A stretch of 56,847 nt of DNA from a virus (lineage: Duplodnaviria; Caudoviricetes): positions 1 through 56,847 of IMG/VR virus record IMGVR_UViG_3300020045_004368; one strand, written 5' to 3'. Below are positions 1-9,743 of the stretch, one piece after another. The notes under the pieces were generated by a model. It saw nothing but the letters and a program-made list of their open reading frames with translations. It did not search any database and was not told the DNA's origin. The translations under genes were made by a program, and so were the position numbers. Position 1 is the stretch's first letter, and each line of letters begins with the position of its first letter.

Positions 1-115
1 GCGTTCGTTACTATTAGCTAGTGCGAGGTTTTCAATGTGTCTGAGGATAGCATGAGTTTTACCACTACCCATTATCACATCGAGTATCTCCACTTGTTGC
101 AGAGGGTATTTAGTA

Positions 116-346
116 TTAGTCTTCATTTACAATCTCCTGTATTTCATCGTAGAGTTTAAGTATCTTGGTCAGTTTAGCTGCCATGCGCAATTTCTTATGC
201 ATGACAGGTTTATCGCTGTACATCATCAAAGCCTGCCTGACAGCATTGCCGCTGATGGTCTTCCAGCGCTCTGCTATCTCTTGCACAGTGGCTTCACTGT
301 ACGAAATCTTGCCGTTGTCTTGGCTTCCGTCATCAATCTTGAGCAT
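116..346 (-). CDS. hypothetical protein
   Basis: 76-aa ORF with AGGA-like RBS upstream (GAGAGGAACCGATG on minus strand); no recognised motif. Confidence 0.45.
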   Translation of the reverse strand: MLKIDDGSQDNGKISYSEATVQEIAERWKTISGNAVRQALMMYSDKPVMHKKLRMAAKLTKILKLYDEIQEIVNED

Positions 347-667
347 CGGTTCCTCTCATCTTCAGAGTATGTATTATAGCAGCAACTAACAAAAAACACA
401 ACACCCCGATCACTTTCCTATCGAAAGCGCTTGCAAGTGATTGATTCGTAAGACTTATTTTTCCGGTTTGTATAACAAAGACAACCCCAACATCGACACC
501 GAACAGCAAAACAGCAGGATTATATGTTGACATTATGTACAGCTGTTGAATATCATATATAATAGTATATCAATAATCCACATACTATTATTAGCCAGCC
601 ATTATCAATATTGACGAACATTCTCACATAATCAATCATCACATAATGATTGCCTCATAATAGCTAT

Positions 668-1352
668 CTGCGCCCTGGGCGCTATATAAACGATTGTGCT
701 CACGCTTCAGGCTTCGCCTAGACTGCCCTTAGGAAAGCACACAATCAACCACCTGAAGCATGGGGGGCGTTATGGCCTACAAGCCCCCCTGTATTAAGTT
801 CCGCCTGTAATGGCGCAATGGTCTATAGCGATTCCTCTAGAGGAAGCCTAAGGGGATGGACGCTACCGCTATAGCTTTTACCCTGCGCCTGTAACGGCGC
901 ATATACAAGACGCTTCGCTTAGAGGGGCTAACGCTTCGCTAGTGCTGGACGCTTCGCTATTGTGTAAGGCTTTAGGGGTTGTGGTGGTAACAACCCTATC
1001 CCTTAGTAGTGCTCACGCTTCGCTAGCCCCTTGCACAAGGACTACCCTGGAAGCCTAGAGGCAGGCTAACGCCTAGCTATTCCCTCCCTTGTGTTCCTGT
1101 GTTCCCTTGTGTGCTAGCTGCGCCCAGGGCGCTATATAGCTCACCCTCTCGGGTGCATATGCCCTGCGCCTGGAACGGCGCATAAGCCCTTGAGCCTACT
1201 ACAAATAAACCCATTCCCTGTAGGGCTTTCCTGTGCTCATTATTTAGGGGCTAGGCTCTAATAAACATTGCCTAGGCAATTAGCTGCGCCCAGGGCGCTG
1301 TTATATCGGCCGGAGGCCGGGGGCTATGCCTGCGCCTGGAACGGCGCATAAG
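668..1352. repeat. non-coding cluster of interspersed palindromic repeats
   Basis: GCGCCC(A/T)GGGCGC at ~670, ~1120, ~1285; TGCGCC-TG(G/T)AAC-GGCGCA at ~884, ~1165, ~1331 (variant at ~802); ACGCTTCGCT at 910, 931, 949, 1015. Confidence 0.85.
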
Positions 1353-2289
1353 GGCACTAGGGCAGGCTAACAGACAGGGCACAAGGGCAAGGGCTAGAGG
1401 GAAAGGAAGGAGCGAGCTACAGGCGGGCAGCCTGTGGCGAGGGGCTGTTGTAGGGGCTGAGGCAGCAGCGTAGCTGGACACCCAGCGCAGCAGGTGACGA
1501 AGGGGGCTTAGGGGAGGGCCTAAGGGCTAACCTAGATGGTATACACAAGGGCTATGCATGAGGGCCGGCTAATAGACAAGGGCCGTCGGTTGGCTCAACT
1601 GCAGTTTAGTTAGTTGACATTATCAACTGTTGTATCCATACCACACTGCCCTCCCACCTAGCATCCCCAACAGCCTCCATCCCTCACCATCCTTCCCCTT
1701 TCCACCCTTCCACTACCATCAAACTGTACGCGTCAGCAGAAGGCTATCCTCTAGCTCATGTGCTCGGTGACAGCCTGCCTCCATCGCCTAAGGGCTAGGC
1801 TGAGGATGGTTAGTGGTTGTTAACCCCCGATAACCAAAATTACAAGGCTACTTAGACAACTGGTTACATGCCTTAGCGTGCCTCTGAAAGACTATTCCAC
1901 TGCATCATCCATGCCAGCGGCCAGCCTAAGCAACCCTCATGCCAGATGTCATTGGCACGCTTCCTGCCGTGTAACAGGCGACGCGTTTAAAGGGGCTACA
2001 GGAGGGGCCAGCAAGGGGTGGTGCAGGGTGGGTAGGCTGATGACATGATCGGCTGTTCTAGGGGCCTCAGGGGGGCTGGGAGTGGCACGATGGGAGGGGA
2101 GGCAGGAAAGGATATTTCCAGGTCTCCTGGCAGGAGGTGGGGTGGGCGTGGTTCCTTGTTTGGTAGCGCTCTCGTCCTTTAGCCTGTTTTTCATTCACAG
2201 TGCCTACACAACGGTGATCTCGCGGGATATCTTTTGCCAAAACAAAAAGGCGACCAGCCATAAGCCAGTCGCCCTTAAAAATTTTTAGC

Positions 2290-3222
2290 CTATTTTAGCG
2301 CCTTGCCGTATGCCAACTCCCAGCCTTCCCTGAATGCATCTGTTTCTCGGTATGCCTTCCATACATCGACACTCTTCCTACTTTTGGACTGATTACAGTA
2401 CCTGCACAACCACTGTCTGTTATCTATATTGTTCGACCCACCCAGCCGCAGAGCAACAATGTGATCCAGATGTCCGCTGTCGTAGTCTATGTCTTCACCA
2501 CACGATCCGCACTTGCTGCCTTGTGCTACCAGCAGGGCTTTCTCTTCCGCCTTGGTTGTAGACCCTTCCGCAGCAGCCAGCACTGCCCTTCGGTTTCTGT
2601 TCCTTAAAACTGTGCGTTCCTTATTATCCTTTTGGTAGGCTGTTGCCGCTGCCTTGCACTTATCTCTATTCTTCTGGTACGACTTGGCAGATTTGACCGA
2701 TATCATAACTCTCTTGGCAGTTTCAAAATGCTCGCTGTCAGTGTTCATTGCTGTGCGCCTACCAACAGAGATTGTGTCTGTATCATACTCGTTCCCGTCA
2801 TAGTACCTAATACGGAGCTGCGAAGGCTCTGCCCACCCAATGATCTCGTAAGTCATGTCAATTACGTCAACCACGTGCTTGCCAATATATTTGTGCCTCC
2901 AGTGCTTAGAGTCCTTTATGGCTTCAGCTTCCTTTCTTAACTCTTCTGCCTTTCTCTCTTCTTCCAGCTTGGCAATCCTTTTATCTTCGGCAACCCTCTC
3001 AGCCCTTGCCCTCTTCTCAGTCAGTTCCGCCGCCTGTCGTTCTGCAATCAGTTTCTGCCTGAGTACCCGATCTCGAACTAGCCCTCTGCGGATAGCACCG
3101 CTTTGCGCTACTTCTAAGTTTCCTGTGTTGTGAAACCTGACAACCACGTTCACACTGCTCTTGTACTCCACAACAGTGCACTGTCCGTCAAAGTTAGTGT
3201 TGTAGATCTCACCTACCTGCAT
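2290..3222 (-). CDS. HNH endonuclease with N-terminal putative DNA-binding repeats
   Basis: C-terminal CxxC...HLDHIVALRLGGSNNIDNRQWLCRYCNQSK is a canonical HNH motif; AGGAG RBS. Confidence 0.85.
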   Translation of the reverse strand: MQVGEIYNTNFDGQCTVVEYKSSVNVVVRFHNTGNLEVAQSGAIRRGLVRDRVLRQKLIAERQAAELTEKRARAERVAEDKRIAKLEEERKAEELRKEAEAIKDSKHWRHKYIGKHVVDVIDMTYEIIGWAEPSQLRIRYYDGNEYDTDTISVGRRTAMNTDSEHFETAKRVMISVKSAKSYQKNRDKCKAAATAYQKDNKERTVLRNRNRRAVLAAAEGSTTKAEEKALLVAQGSKCGSCGEDIDYDSGHLDHIVALRLGGSNNIDNRQWLCRYCNQSKSRKSVDVWKAYRETDAFREGWELAYGKALK

Positions 3223-3343
3223 AGCATTCTCCTAAGTTAATGTGCCTGTAGTCTACCATAGCCCTTGCATTCCTAACACCCTCGTAGCACAATCTCGGCC
3301 AGAGTTTGATGTGTTTTTCGTTTAAAATGAAGGAGCCTATACA

Positions 3344-3775
3344 ATGTCACCCTCGAATGATTTTGAAGCGTTTAGTGTGCAAACTCCGGCCGAGTTCAGC
3401 CGCTCGACAGCCAAATACGAAGCTGCTGTTGCAGAGAAAGCTGCGGAGCGAGCTTCTTGGGCCAAGCTGGAGCAAACACCTACCCATTGTGATGCTCTGT
3501 TCGCTGCCATCAACCGGGAAGCCAAGCTCAGGTTTTATTCAAGGATCGAACCTGCTACACCGAAGCGGATGATTACGATGCTGCGTAAGGCAGGCTTGGA
3601 TGGGCAAGCTATCAAGGGGTGTATTGGCCCTGAATGGCGACTCTCTGTTACAGCCACCCTGGAGCGCTTCATCCTCTCCAACAGCCTTGGGCTGTCCCTG
3701 CCTTTGTGGGCTGCTGTAGCCATGGTGTTGGAGCTTGATGGGAGGTATGTAGAAGCAGCCCTCAAGAAGCTGTAA
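3344..3775 (+). CDS. hypothetical protein (only rightward gene in the left block)
   Basis: AAGGAG RBS before ATG; followed by a hairpin terminator. Confidence 0.65.
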   Translation: MSPSNDFEAFSVQTPAEFSRSTAKYEAAVAEKAAERASWAKLEQTPTHCDALFAAINREAKLRFYSRIEPATPKRMITMLRKAGLDGQAIKGCIGPEWRLSVTATLERFILSNSLGLSLPLWAAVAMVLELDGRYVEAALKKL

Positions 3776-3780
3776 AGCAA

Positions 3781-3809
3781 AAAGCCCTGTAGCGTGAGCT
3801 ACAGGGCTT
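3781..3809. terminator. bidirectional intrinsic terminator
   Basis: AAAGCCCTGTAGC-GTGA-GCTACAGGGCTT between convergent genes. Confidence 0.75.
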
Positions 3810-3823
3810 CATTGTTTATGCCG

Positions 3824-4054
3824 TCAATGCCATGTTGCCTTATGGGGGGTATTGGCTTGTTCCAGCCAGAATTCTTCCCCTTCCATTGTGTAAGCCCAGA
3901 TGGAGAATGCACAAATGGCTTCATAAGCTGTGTAGGCGCCTAGGGCCTCTTCAACGTCTACAACACATGTCTGTAGGGCCATTGAGATGGCAACGTCTTC
4001 GTCGATGCCTAGGAAGATGAAATGCTGGATGAGGGTGTTGTATACGTCTTTCAT
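3824..4054 (-). CDS. hypothetical protein
   Basis: 76-aa ORF with ATGA overlap to the upstream gene and AAGGAG RBS. Confidence 0.65.
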   Translation of the reverse strand: MKDVYNTLIQHFIFLGIDEDVAISMALQTCVVDVEEALGAYTAYEAICAFSIWAYTMEGEEFWLEQANTPHKATWH

Positions 4055-4725
4055 TGCTTCTCCTTGTGAGTGGGCAGGGGTGCCCAGAATAGCACGGCGC
4101 GGGTGAGGGAGTCTCCGTCAAACCACCAACCGAATTCCTTGTTGTAATCTCCGATGCACACGGCACCAGATTCTGTCTCTACAACTACAAATGTGTCGTA
4201 TGGTGGCATGCGGTCGGCCACGTCAATCCAATGCATAGTGCCGCCCTCAGCGTAGAACCCATCAGAGCAGAGCCCAAGCTGTTCACTTTCTGCGTGGAGC
4301 TGTTCAGCGGCCTCTTCAGGCTTTTGGCTATGCCCTAGTTCCTTGTCAATGTAGGCGTCGAGCTCCTCCCTGCAATACCATCGCACATCCTCCATGCCCG
4401 GGTACTTGTCGCTATAACGAAGTACCTCCCCAGCGAACGGCTCGGATTTACTGTTGCGAATGTGCCGGTAGCGGAGAGCGTCTTGCTTGTACATGGCCAC
4501 GGTTGATTCATTAGCCCTCATTAAATGGCTAGAGAGCTGCCGATAGCCTTCAGCCACTCTCCATGCGTCATTCAGGCCAGCGCTTAGACGCGCATTCTCT
4601 GCTTGAAGATTCCTAAATGCTTCGGCGCACTTATCCAGCGCAGGCTGCCAGCGGCTATCAGGGCCAAGCTGCTCCCACATGCGGTCTAGGTCGTCTAGCA
4701 GCTCGTTGATGTCGTTCATTTCCAC
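4051..4725 (-). CDS. DUF551/Eaa-like domain protein
   Basis: C-terminal WIDVADRMPP...WAPLP pattern typical of DUF551; coiled-coil N-terminus. Confidence 0.65.
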   Translation of the reverse strand: MEMNDINELLDDLDRMWEQLGPDSRWQPALDKCAEAFRNLQAENARLSAGLNDAWRVAEGYRQLSSHLMRANESTVAMYKQDALRYRHIRNSKSEPFAGEVLRYSDKYPGMEDVRWYCREELDAYIDKELGHSQKPEEAAEQLHAESEQLGLCSDGFYAEGGTMHWIDVADRMPPYDTFVVVETESGAVCIGDYNKEFGWWFDGDSLTRAVLFWAPLPTHKEKQ

Positions 4726-4985
4726 TCCTTTAGGTATTTCTCGAACCGACGAACACTAGCTCTGACATCAACGTCCTCGTCCCAATATTCATTGACGAAC
4801 CATTGCATCTCTAGCAGCAACATGTCCACCCTGGCTTTCAGCTCGTCTCGTTCAGCGGCCAGCTTGCAGTGTTGCGCCCTAAGCAGCTTGAGGTCAGCCA
4901 TTGCTCGCCGCTCTGGGAGACTCTTAGAAAGCTCTGAGGCCCAAGCTGTATGCCACAGCGGCTTGTTCGTTTCTTCCATGTTCAT
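4716..4985 (-). CDS. hypothetical coiled-coil protein
   Basis: 89-aa ORF in operon, AAGGAG RBS. Confidence 0.65.
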   Translation of the reverse strand: MNMEETNKPLWHTAWASELSKSLPERRAMADLKLLRAQHCKLAAERDELKARVDMLLLEMQWFVNEYWDEDVDVRASVRRFEKYLKEWK

Positions 4986-4991
4986 TCTCCT

Positions 4992-5804
4992 TCACACAGA
5001 CCGGATGCTGGCCTCTAGAGTTGCAATCTCTTGCTTCAGCTTATCAATCTTCTGAGCGGCGATCTTTCGAATACATTCCATCTGCTCTACAACCATTGTA
5101 TTAGGCAACTCTACACCCCACCTTGCGCAACTACCGGCAAGGCGATCAAGATGGTTGCGATGAACGGGGGCCATTCCCTTGTACTTCCCCACCATCTCTT
5201 GCGTCAATTTTGCTGCCTTGGCCTTTGCCGCTTCCTCCCCACAGCACAAATAAACTTCCTCGGTCTTTGAGTATCCTGAACTAGAGGGCTTGTAGTAGAC
5301 CGAGCAGCGCACCTTCTTATCCCTGCCTTTCCAAGGCATGAGCTTCAGCAGGCCATACTCGTTTGCGGAGGCATACCCCTCAACAGTATCCCCGATTGGG
5401 ATAATCTCTACCTCGGGGTAATATTCGTGTACCGCGACATAGTGAGTCACCTCGCCTGACAGGAAAAGGTCCAACTCTTCAAGCCCTTCATGCTGCTTGA
5501 TCCGCCCCATTCGTTCTTTTTCGCTACGCTCGAATGCGGCCACTTCGCTATTGATGGCTTTAAGCTCTGCCCGCTTTTCAGTGATAGTTTTATCCAGCTC
5601 TTCAACCTTCGCGTGGAGCTTCTCAAGCGGAGGCGTAGAAAAACAATTGTCCCACGCCGTGATGTCTTTTGCGTACACCTCTCCATCCCCGACCACGTAG
5701 AGTGGTCGAACAAGGAACATGCCGTCAACCGTGGAGACGAACTCTCCTTCAACACCGTAAAGGTCATAAACCTTCTGGCCCTTAGTAAAATCAGTCATGC
5801 TCAT
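4992..5804 (-). CDS. hypothetical protein
   Basis: Long ORF; likely start at 5804 or 5798 behind AGGAG rather than 5918. Confidence 0.7.
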   Translation of the reverse strand: MSMTDFTKGQKVYDLYGVEGEFVSTVDGMFLVRPLYVVGDGEVYAKDITAWDNCFSTPPLEKLHAKVEELDKTITEKRAELKAINSEVAAFERSEKERMGRIKQHEGLEELDLFLSGEVTHYVAVHEYYPEVEIIPIGDTVEGYASANEYGLLKLMPWKGRDKKVRCSVYYKPSSSGYSKTEEVYLCCGEEAAKAKAAKLTQEMVGKYKGMAPVHRNHLDRLAGSCARWGVELPNTMVVEQMECIRKIAAQKIDKLKQEIATLEASIRSV

Positions 5805-6061
5805 TCTCCTGTTGCTGTAAGCGTGTGTAGATACAACGGTGCGGCCATTGACATCAGCATCTCGCGGGCAGAAGCTTGGTTGCCGTTCTCCAGCAAGTGC
5901 CTGCCAAGATAATACCACTGAATTGAGCTAGAGCTGCCAGAATCTTTGGCAACAACCTTGGCAAGCGAATCGAAGAACTCAGCTTGCTTGATGGTATCCA
6001 TGTCCCAGAAGGCTTGTGCCATCATCTCAGGCGTAATTTCAACATCAACAACAGATTTCAT
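5801..6061 (-). CDS. hypothetical protein
   Basis: 86-aa ORF with ATGA overlaps at both ends. Confidence 0.65.
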   Translation of the reverse strand: MKSVVDVEITPEMMAQAFWDMDTIKQAEFFDSLAKVVAKDSGSSSSIQWYYLGRHLLENGNQASAREMLMSMAAPLYLHTLTATGE

Positions 6062-6306
6062 TTGCTTCCTTTCGCCTCGCTTGAAGGCGGAAATGGTGGC
6101 TTGTTCTGCGGGGACGGAGGGTTAACGTTGCAATAGCTGTCCTCCAATCTTGCCTTGAAGAGCAGCGTATCGCTCCTAGCTGTACATACAGCCATTCGCA
6201 CATGCGAGCAATGTCCGCAGCCAGCGATGTGCAGCTCTTCGCAATAACGCTTCGCCAGCCATCGGACGATGAACAGCGGCATGAATTCAGCCCAAAAGCC
6301 TAGCAT
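6058..6306 (-). CDS. hypothetical protein
   Basis: 82-aa ORF tightly packed in operon. Confidence 0.5.
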   Translation of the reverse strand: MLGFWAEFMPLFIVRWLAKRYCEELHIAGCGHCSHVRMAVCTARSDTLLFKARLEDSYCNVNPPSPQNKPPFPPSSEAKGSK

Positions 6307-6307
6307 G

Positions 6308-6613
6308 TCATTTCCCCTTCACAACATTACGCAGCTTAGCATAAATGCTAGCCGCAGCCTTGCCGAGTTTGTAGCCATTGTGCCCGTAGTAGGGCTTTTC
6401 CTCCGGGACAACGACAGGCTTTGTAGGCTCCATGTAGAAGAATCCTCGCCCAGCCCGTGCATTGTTGATGGCCTTGACAAGCTCAGGGACAAACCAAACC
6501 AAGAACTTGGCAAACACCCAAGCTGCCCCTCCGATAGCCACCACAGGGCCTACAATGAGCCACGTGAACAGCATGTCATTGCCCTTAATCTTACGCGTGC
6601 CATAGCTGGCCAT
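6308..6613 (-). CDS. hypothetical membrane protein
   Basis: Hydrophobic stretch LFTWLIVGPVVAIGGAAWVFAKFLVWFV; AGGAG RBS. Confidence 0.6.
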   Translation of the reverse strand: MASYGTRKIKGNDMLFTWLIVGPVVAIGGAAWVFAKFLVWFVPELVKAINNARAGRGFFYMEPTKPVVVPEEKPYYGHNGYKLGKAAASIYAKLRNVVKGK

Positions 6614-6635
6614 GTCTTTCTCCTATTGCTTGAGG

Positions 6636-6971
6636 TTATTCTGCTTGGATGTAGACGGTATTCGACAGGATGCAATCTACGAACCCCGCCGATCTCTGCA
6701 ATACAGGCGAGCATGCATCACCTGAAGTGCCATCAAACACACAACCTTTGCAAGTATCGCCCAAAGCTTGCCGAACGCGGATGCCAACGATAACTCCGAC
6801 CTTACCTTCTGCTTCTTGGGCAGGTTTCTTGAGCTTGTCCATGAGCAGGTCGCGCTCATTGACCATTGCCTGTGCCACTTTGTAGCAGTAGCCGGCACTC
6901 TCAGGCCAAGGACGATCAGGCTTAAAGAAAAACGGCATGGCAGCCATGGCAAAGAGGTCAAGATCATCCAT
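6636..6971 (-). CDS. hypothetical protein
   Basis: Start at MDDLDL behind AGGAGAATGAAATG cassette. Confidence 0.6.
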   Translation of the reverse strand: MDDLDLFAMAAMPFFFKPDRPWPESAGYCYKVAQAMVNERDLLMDKLKKPAQEAEGKVGVIVGIRVRQALGDTCKGCVFDGTSGDACSPVLQRSAGFVDCILSNTVYIQAE

Positions 6972-7034
6972 TTCATTCTCCTGTTGCTGTGTTGATGACT
7001 CATTGTAGGGCTGTTTGATGGCCATACGCAAGCG

Positions 7035-7481
7035 TTATTTCGTCTGAGCGTCCAAAAGGAACTCTCGAATCTTGGCGTACTCCTGCATGCGCTTAACGTC
7101 TCTAGGCGTCATGTTCTTGATCCTCAGCGGGCTGCTGTTGTCAAGGTTGTCAGCCAGCTTGACACGCAAAGCAATGGGATTCTGAGCTGCTCTTTGAGCA
7201 GCGCTCATCTTGCTCTCGCCTTTTCGCTTCGTCAGGGCTTCAAGAGCTTCGATGATGTGCTCACCAAAGCCAACAGAACGAAGGCGCTCCAGCGGCCATT
7301 CAGGGCAATCCTCTGGAACATCGTGCAGGACCGCCACAATCATCTCGTCCACGGTAGCCATGTTGTGCATGACACGCAGAGGGTGGAGGATATAGGCTGT
7401 TCCTGCCTTGTCTACTTGCCCAAAGTGGGCGCTGGCAGCAATGCGAATGGCATGCGCCAGCAAGGTTTGTTCGTCTTCCAT
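7035..7481 (-). CDS. HD-domain hydrolase, RelA/SpoT (p)ppGpp-hydrolase-like
   Basis: AH.GQ.DK.G..YI.HP, VAVLHDVPED and VKLADNLDN motifs match the RelA/SpoT HD pattern. Confidence 0.8.
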   Translation of the reverse strand: MEDEQTLLAHAIRIAASAHFGQVDKAGTAYILHPLRVMHNMATVDEMIVAVLHDVPEDCPEWPLERLRSVGFGEHIIEALEALTKRKGESKMSAAQRAAQNPIALRVKLADNLDNSSPLRIKNMTPRDVKRMQEYAKIREFLLDAQTK

Positions 7482-7520
7482 ATGACTCTCCTGTTGGTTT
7501 GATTGTATCACATGCGAGCG

Positions 7521-8681
7521 CTATTTCTGCTTCAGCAGGTATTCATTGCTGATGGCCTTGAAGCTGCGGCCTGTTTGCAACGACGTGCAGACAATGCCTT
7601 CCCGCATGACGCCATTGTTCATTCCGGGACCAGAGGCCATGCCAAGGAAGAACTGGCAGGCGGGCGTATTGTTAGGAATGCTGTACACAGTTGGCAGCCA
7701 TGGAACTCTTTTAAGGTGCATCAGTGCGATGCTGGTTGGCTCTACCCACGGATGCTGGTATTGCTGCTCATCAATGTCAAACACACTGAATGCATACCAC
7801 TGGAAGTTGCTGACACGCTCATAGTTGCCCTGGATGCTGGGTGCTACAAGCTCCCCTTGCACAGCAACGCTGCTGCCATAGCGGAGAAGCTTCTCAAAAA
7901 TATTGTGCTCGCGCGCATAGGTGGAGAAGTGGTTGGTGCCATTGATCGGCAGGCGAACGTTACGACTGCACACAACAAAAATGGGCTCCTTGGGCTTCCC
8001 AATCATCTTGTCAGCAAGCTTCTTCACCTTGTGCCACAAGAGCTGCTTGCTGCCCATCTTGGACACCACTTGACGCTCCAACTTAGCCTCTTCTTCAGCG
8101 TAATATGGGCTTTCAGGGTAGAGGACAGCGCACGTCATGCTGGAGCCGTCAAGCTTGATGCTGACAGACAGCCCTTCGTTTGCCATGTCACGCAGCTCAG
8201 CTTCAGAGATGTTCTGGACGCGCTCTTGGTCCGTCTTGCGGAGCCAATAAGGGAATTCTCCGCCACCAGCCATACTCTTGCCTCCAGCATTGCCGGCCTT
8301 CTCCGTTTCGCTCTCCCATTTGACAATGCCAAGCAGCTCCGTAACGTCATCCCCGACACTGACAGAGCGGCCATTGAGTTCACTGAAGGAGAACACCGGC
8401 ATCAGCAAGCCTTGGCTGAGCTGCTTGCGGAGCTTGACAGTGCGAAGACGCATGCCACGCCGCGTACCCCAATTGGTGAAGCGGGGCTCAAATGAAGTAA
8501 AGGCCGGGTTGGAGCTATCAAGCCACGAATCAATCTCAAAGAAGACAGCAAGCTGGCCTTCAGAGAATTCGCCCTTCTTGACGACAACGTTCCAACCCAA
8601 GACATGGGCAGTTTCAATGCTGTCAGCACCTTCAATGGGTACAAGGCGGCTGACGGTTTGGATGCTTGCAAGTTTGCGCAT
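7521..8681 (-). CDS. ATP-dependent RNA ligase (DRB0094-like, N-terminal OB domain)
   Basis: RKLASI...GADSIE...GWNVVVKKGEF N-terminus; KTDQERVQN; KLDGSS motif I; QGEL; REGIV; FKAISNEYLL. Confidence 0.88.
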   Translation of the reverse strand: MRKLASIQTVSRLVPIEGADSIETAHVLGWNVVVKKGEFSEGQLAVFFEIDSWLDSSNPAFTSFEPRFTNWGTRRGMRLRTVKLRKQLSQGLLMPVFSFSELNGRSVSVGDDVTELLGIVKWESETEKAGNAGGKSMAGGGEFPYWLRKTDQERVQNISEAELRDMANEGLSVSIKLDGSSMTCAVLYPESPYYAEEEAKLERQVVSKMGSKQLLWHKVKKLADKMIGKPKEPIFVVCSRNVRLPINGTNHFSTYAREHNIFEKLLRYGSSVAVQGELVAPSIQGNYERVSNFQWYAFSVFDIDEQQYQHPWVEPTSIALMHLKRVPWLPTVYSIPNNTPACQFFLGMASGPGMNNGVMREGIVCTSLQTGRSFKAISNEYLLKQK

Positions 8682-8684
8682 AAT

Positions 8685-8897
8685 TTAATTCTCCTCGATG
8701 GTTGCTGCGATTTCCCACAGGTGAGGCCGCAGCGCGTCACATACATCCTTCCACAGGCTAGGGTCAGCCATCTCGTGGGTGTAAACTGGTCGGCCAAGAG
8801 TCACCTCAATGAGTCCGTGCACGTCCTCAAAAGGCCCCATCGAGATGCCAGTGAATGCTCCGATGAACGCTGCCTGTTCGCGGGTAAGTTTCTTCAT
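8685..8897 (-). CDS. hypothetical protein
   Basis: 70-aa ORF with AAGGAG RBS. Confidence 0.65.
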   Translation of the reverse strand: MKKLTREQAAFIGAFTGISMGPFEDVHGLIEVTLGRPVYTHEMADPSLWKDVCDALRPHLWEIAATIEEN

Positions 8898-9743
8898 TCA
8901 GCTCTCCTTTGCTTTGACACGCTTAAGCATAACACTAGCCACCTGTGGATTCTCAATAACCCTCTTGCTGATAAGGGTAAGGCCCTTGCCAGAGACATAC
9001 AACTTTGTGCCGACAGCAGGAGCACCGTTGGGTGTGTAATAGGTGTAGACGTTGGTCTTGAAGTGACCAGAGTCCACGTACTTCTGCATCGGCAGGTTGT
9101 CCTTCATCAGCATTTTGATGGTACGCAGAAACCGGTAGAGACCTGTGCGACCGTAGTTGAGGGCTTTAGATGCTTCAGTGAAGTCAAGCCAATTGGTACT
9201 GTCTGTAACGTCGTTGTAGAACTCCACCTTTGGTGCAGCTTCCTTGACTTCGTTGGAGAGCTGCAGCACTTGAGCTTGCTGCTTTTCAATCACTTCACAC
9301 TGTTCAATGGCAAGCTTCAATGCGTCCTTCAGTGTCGTAGGCACGTTAAACTGGTTGGCAGGGGCTTGCATCGCATAGCTGCCGGTTTTATGCAGAGCTG
9401 GTAGCACTTCAGAAGTAACCCACTTCTTGAAAGCTTTCGCACCAGGGAGACGGGAAGACAGAACAAGCGAGTACAGACCAGACTCTGTCAAGACGTTGAG
9501 TGGTTGAGACCCTCCAAGGGTATCTATTGAACATATGCCCTTTTCATCTTCATCCAGCCGCGCTGTTGCTTGTGCAGTGTTGGCAATACACAGAGCTGCA
9601 CAGACGTCTTTTGCCACAAACATGTGCTTGCCACCGACGGTAGCTACACGAAGGTCAATGCTGTGCTTTGGCGACAAGTGAAATGTAAATACGCTAGGAA
9701 TCTCTGCGCATGCATGCTGAGTGTTTTTGGTAATCTCATTCAT
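8898..9743 (-). CDS. Bro-N / ANT (antirepressor-like) DNA-binding protein
   Basis: FVAKDVC..L, LTESGLYSLVLSSRLP.AKAFKKWVTSEVLP (Bro-N); PKVEFY...P.Q.YVDSG.F (ANT/KilAC). Confidence 0.88.
   Translation of the reverse strand: MNEITKNTQHACAEIPSVFTFHLSPKHSIDLRVATVGGKHMFVAKDVCAALCIANTAQATARLDEDEKGICSIDTLGGSQPLNVLTESGLYSLVLSSRLPGAKAFKKWVTSEVLPALHKTGSYAMQAPANQFNVPTTLKDALKLAIEQCEVIEKQQAQVLQLSNEVKEAAPKVEFYNDVTDSTNWLDFTEASKALNYGRTGLYRFLRTIKMLMKDNLPMQKYVDSGHFKTNVYTYYTPNGAPAVGTKLYVSGKGLTLISKRVIENPQVASVMLKRVKAKES

Noticed and set aside
668-1352. Possible CRISPR mini-array
   Set aside because: Repeats are short, of two alternating types and irregularly spaced; no cas genes in the window
1272-2288. Short ORFs in the left non-coding region
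   Set aside because: Low-complexity Pro/Ala/Arg translations from strand-skewed repeats; no RBS
7503-9404. 330-aa and 266-aa plus-strand ORFs
   Set aside because: Antisense shadows of the RNA ligase and Bro-N genes
8898-9743. Temperate lifestyle inferred from the antirepressor-like gene
   Set aside because: No integrase, repressor or att site visible; Bro-N/ANT proteins also occur in lytic phages; the window is partial
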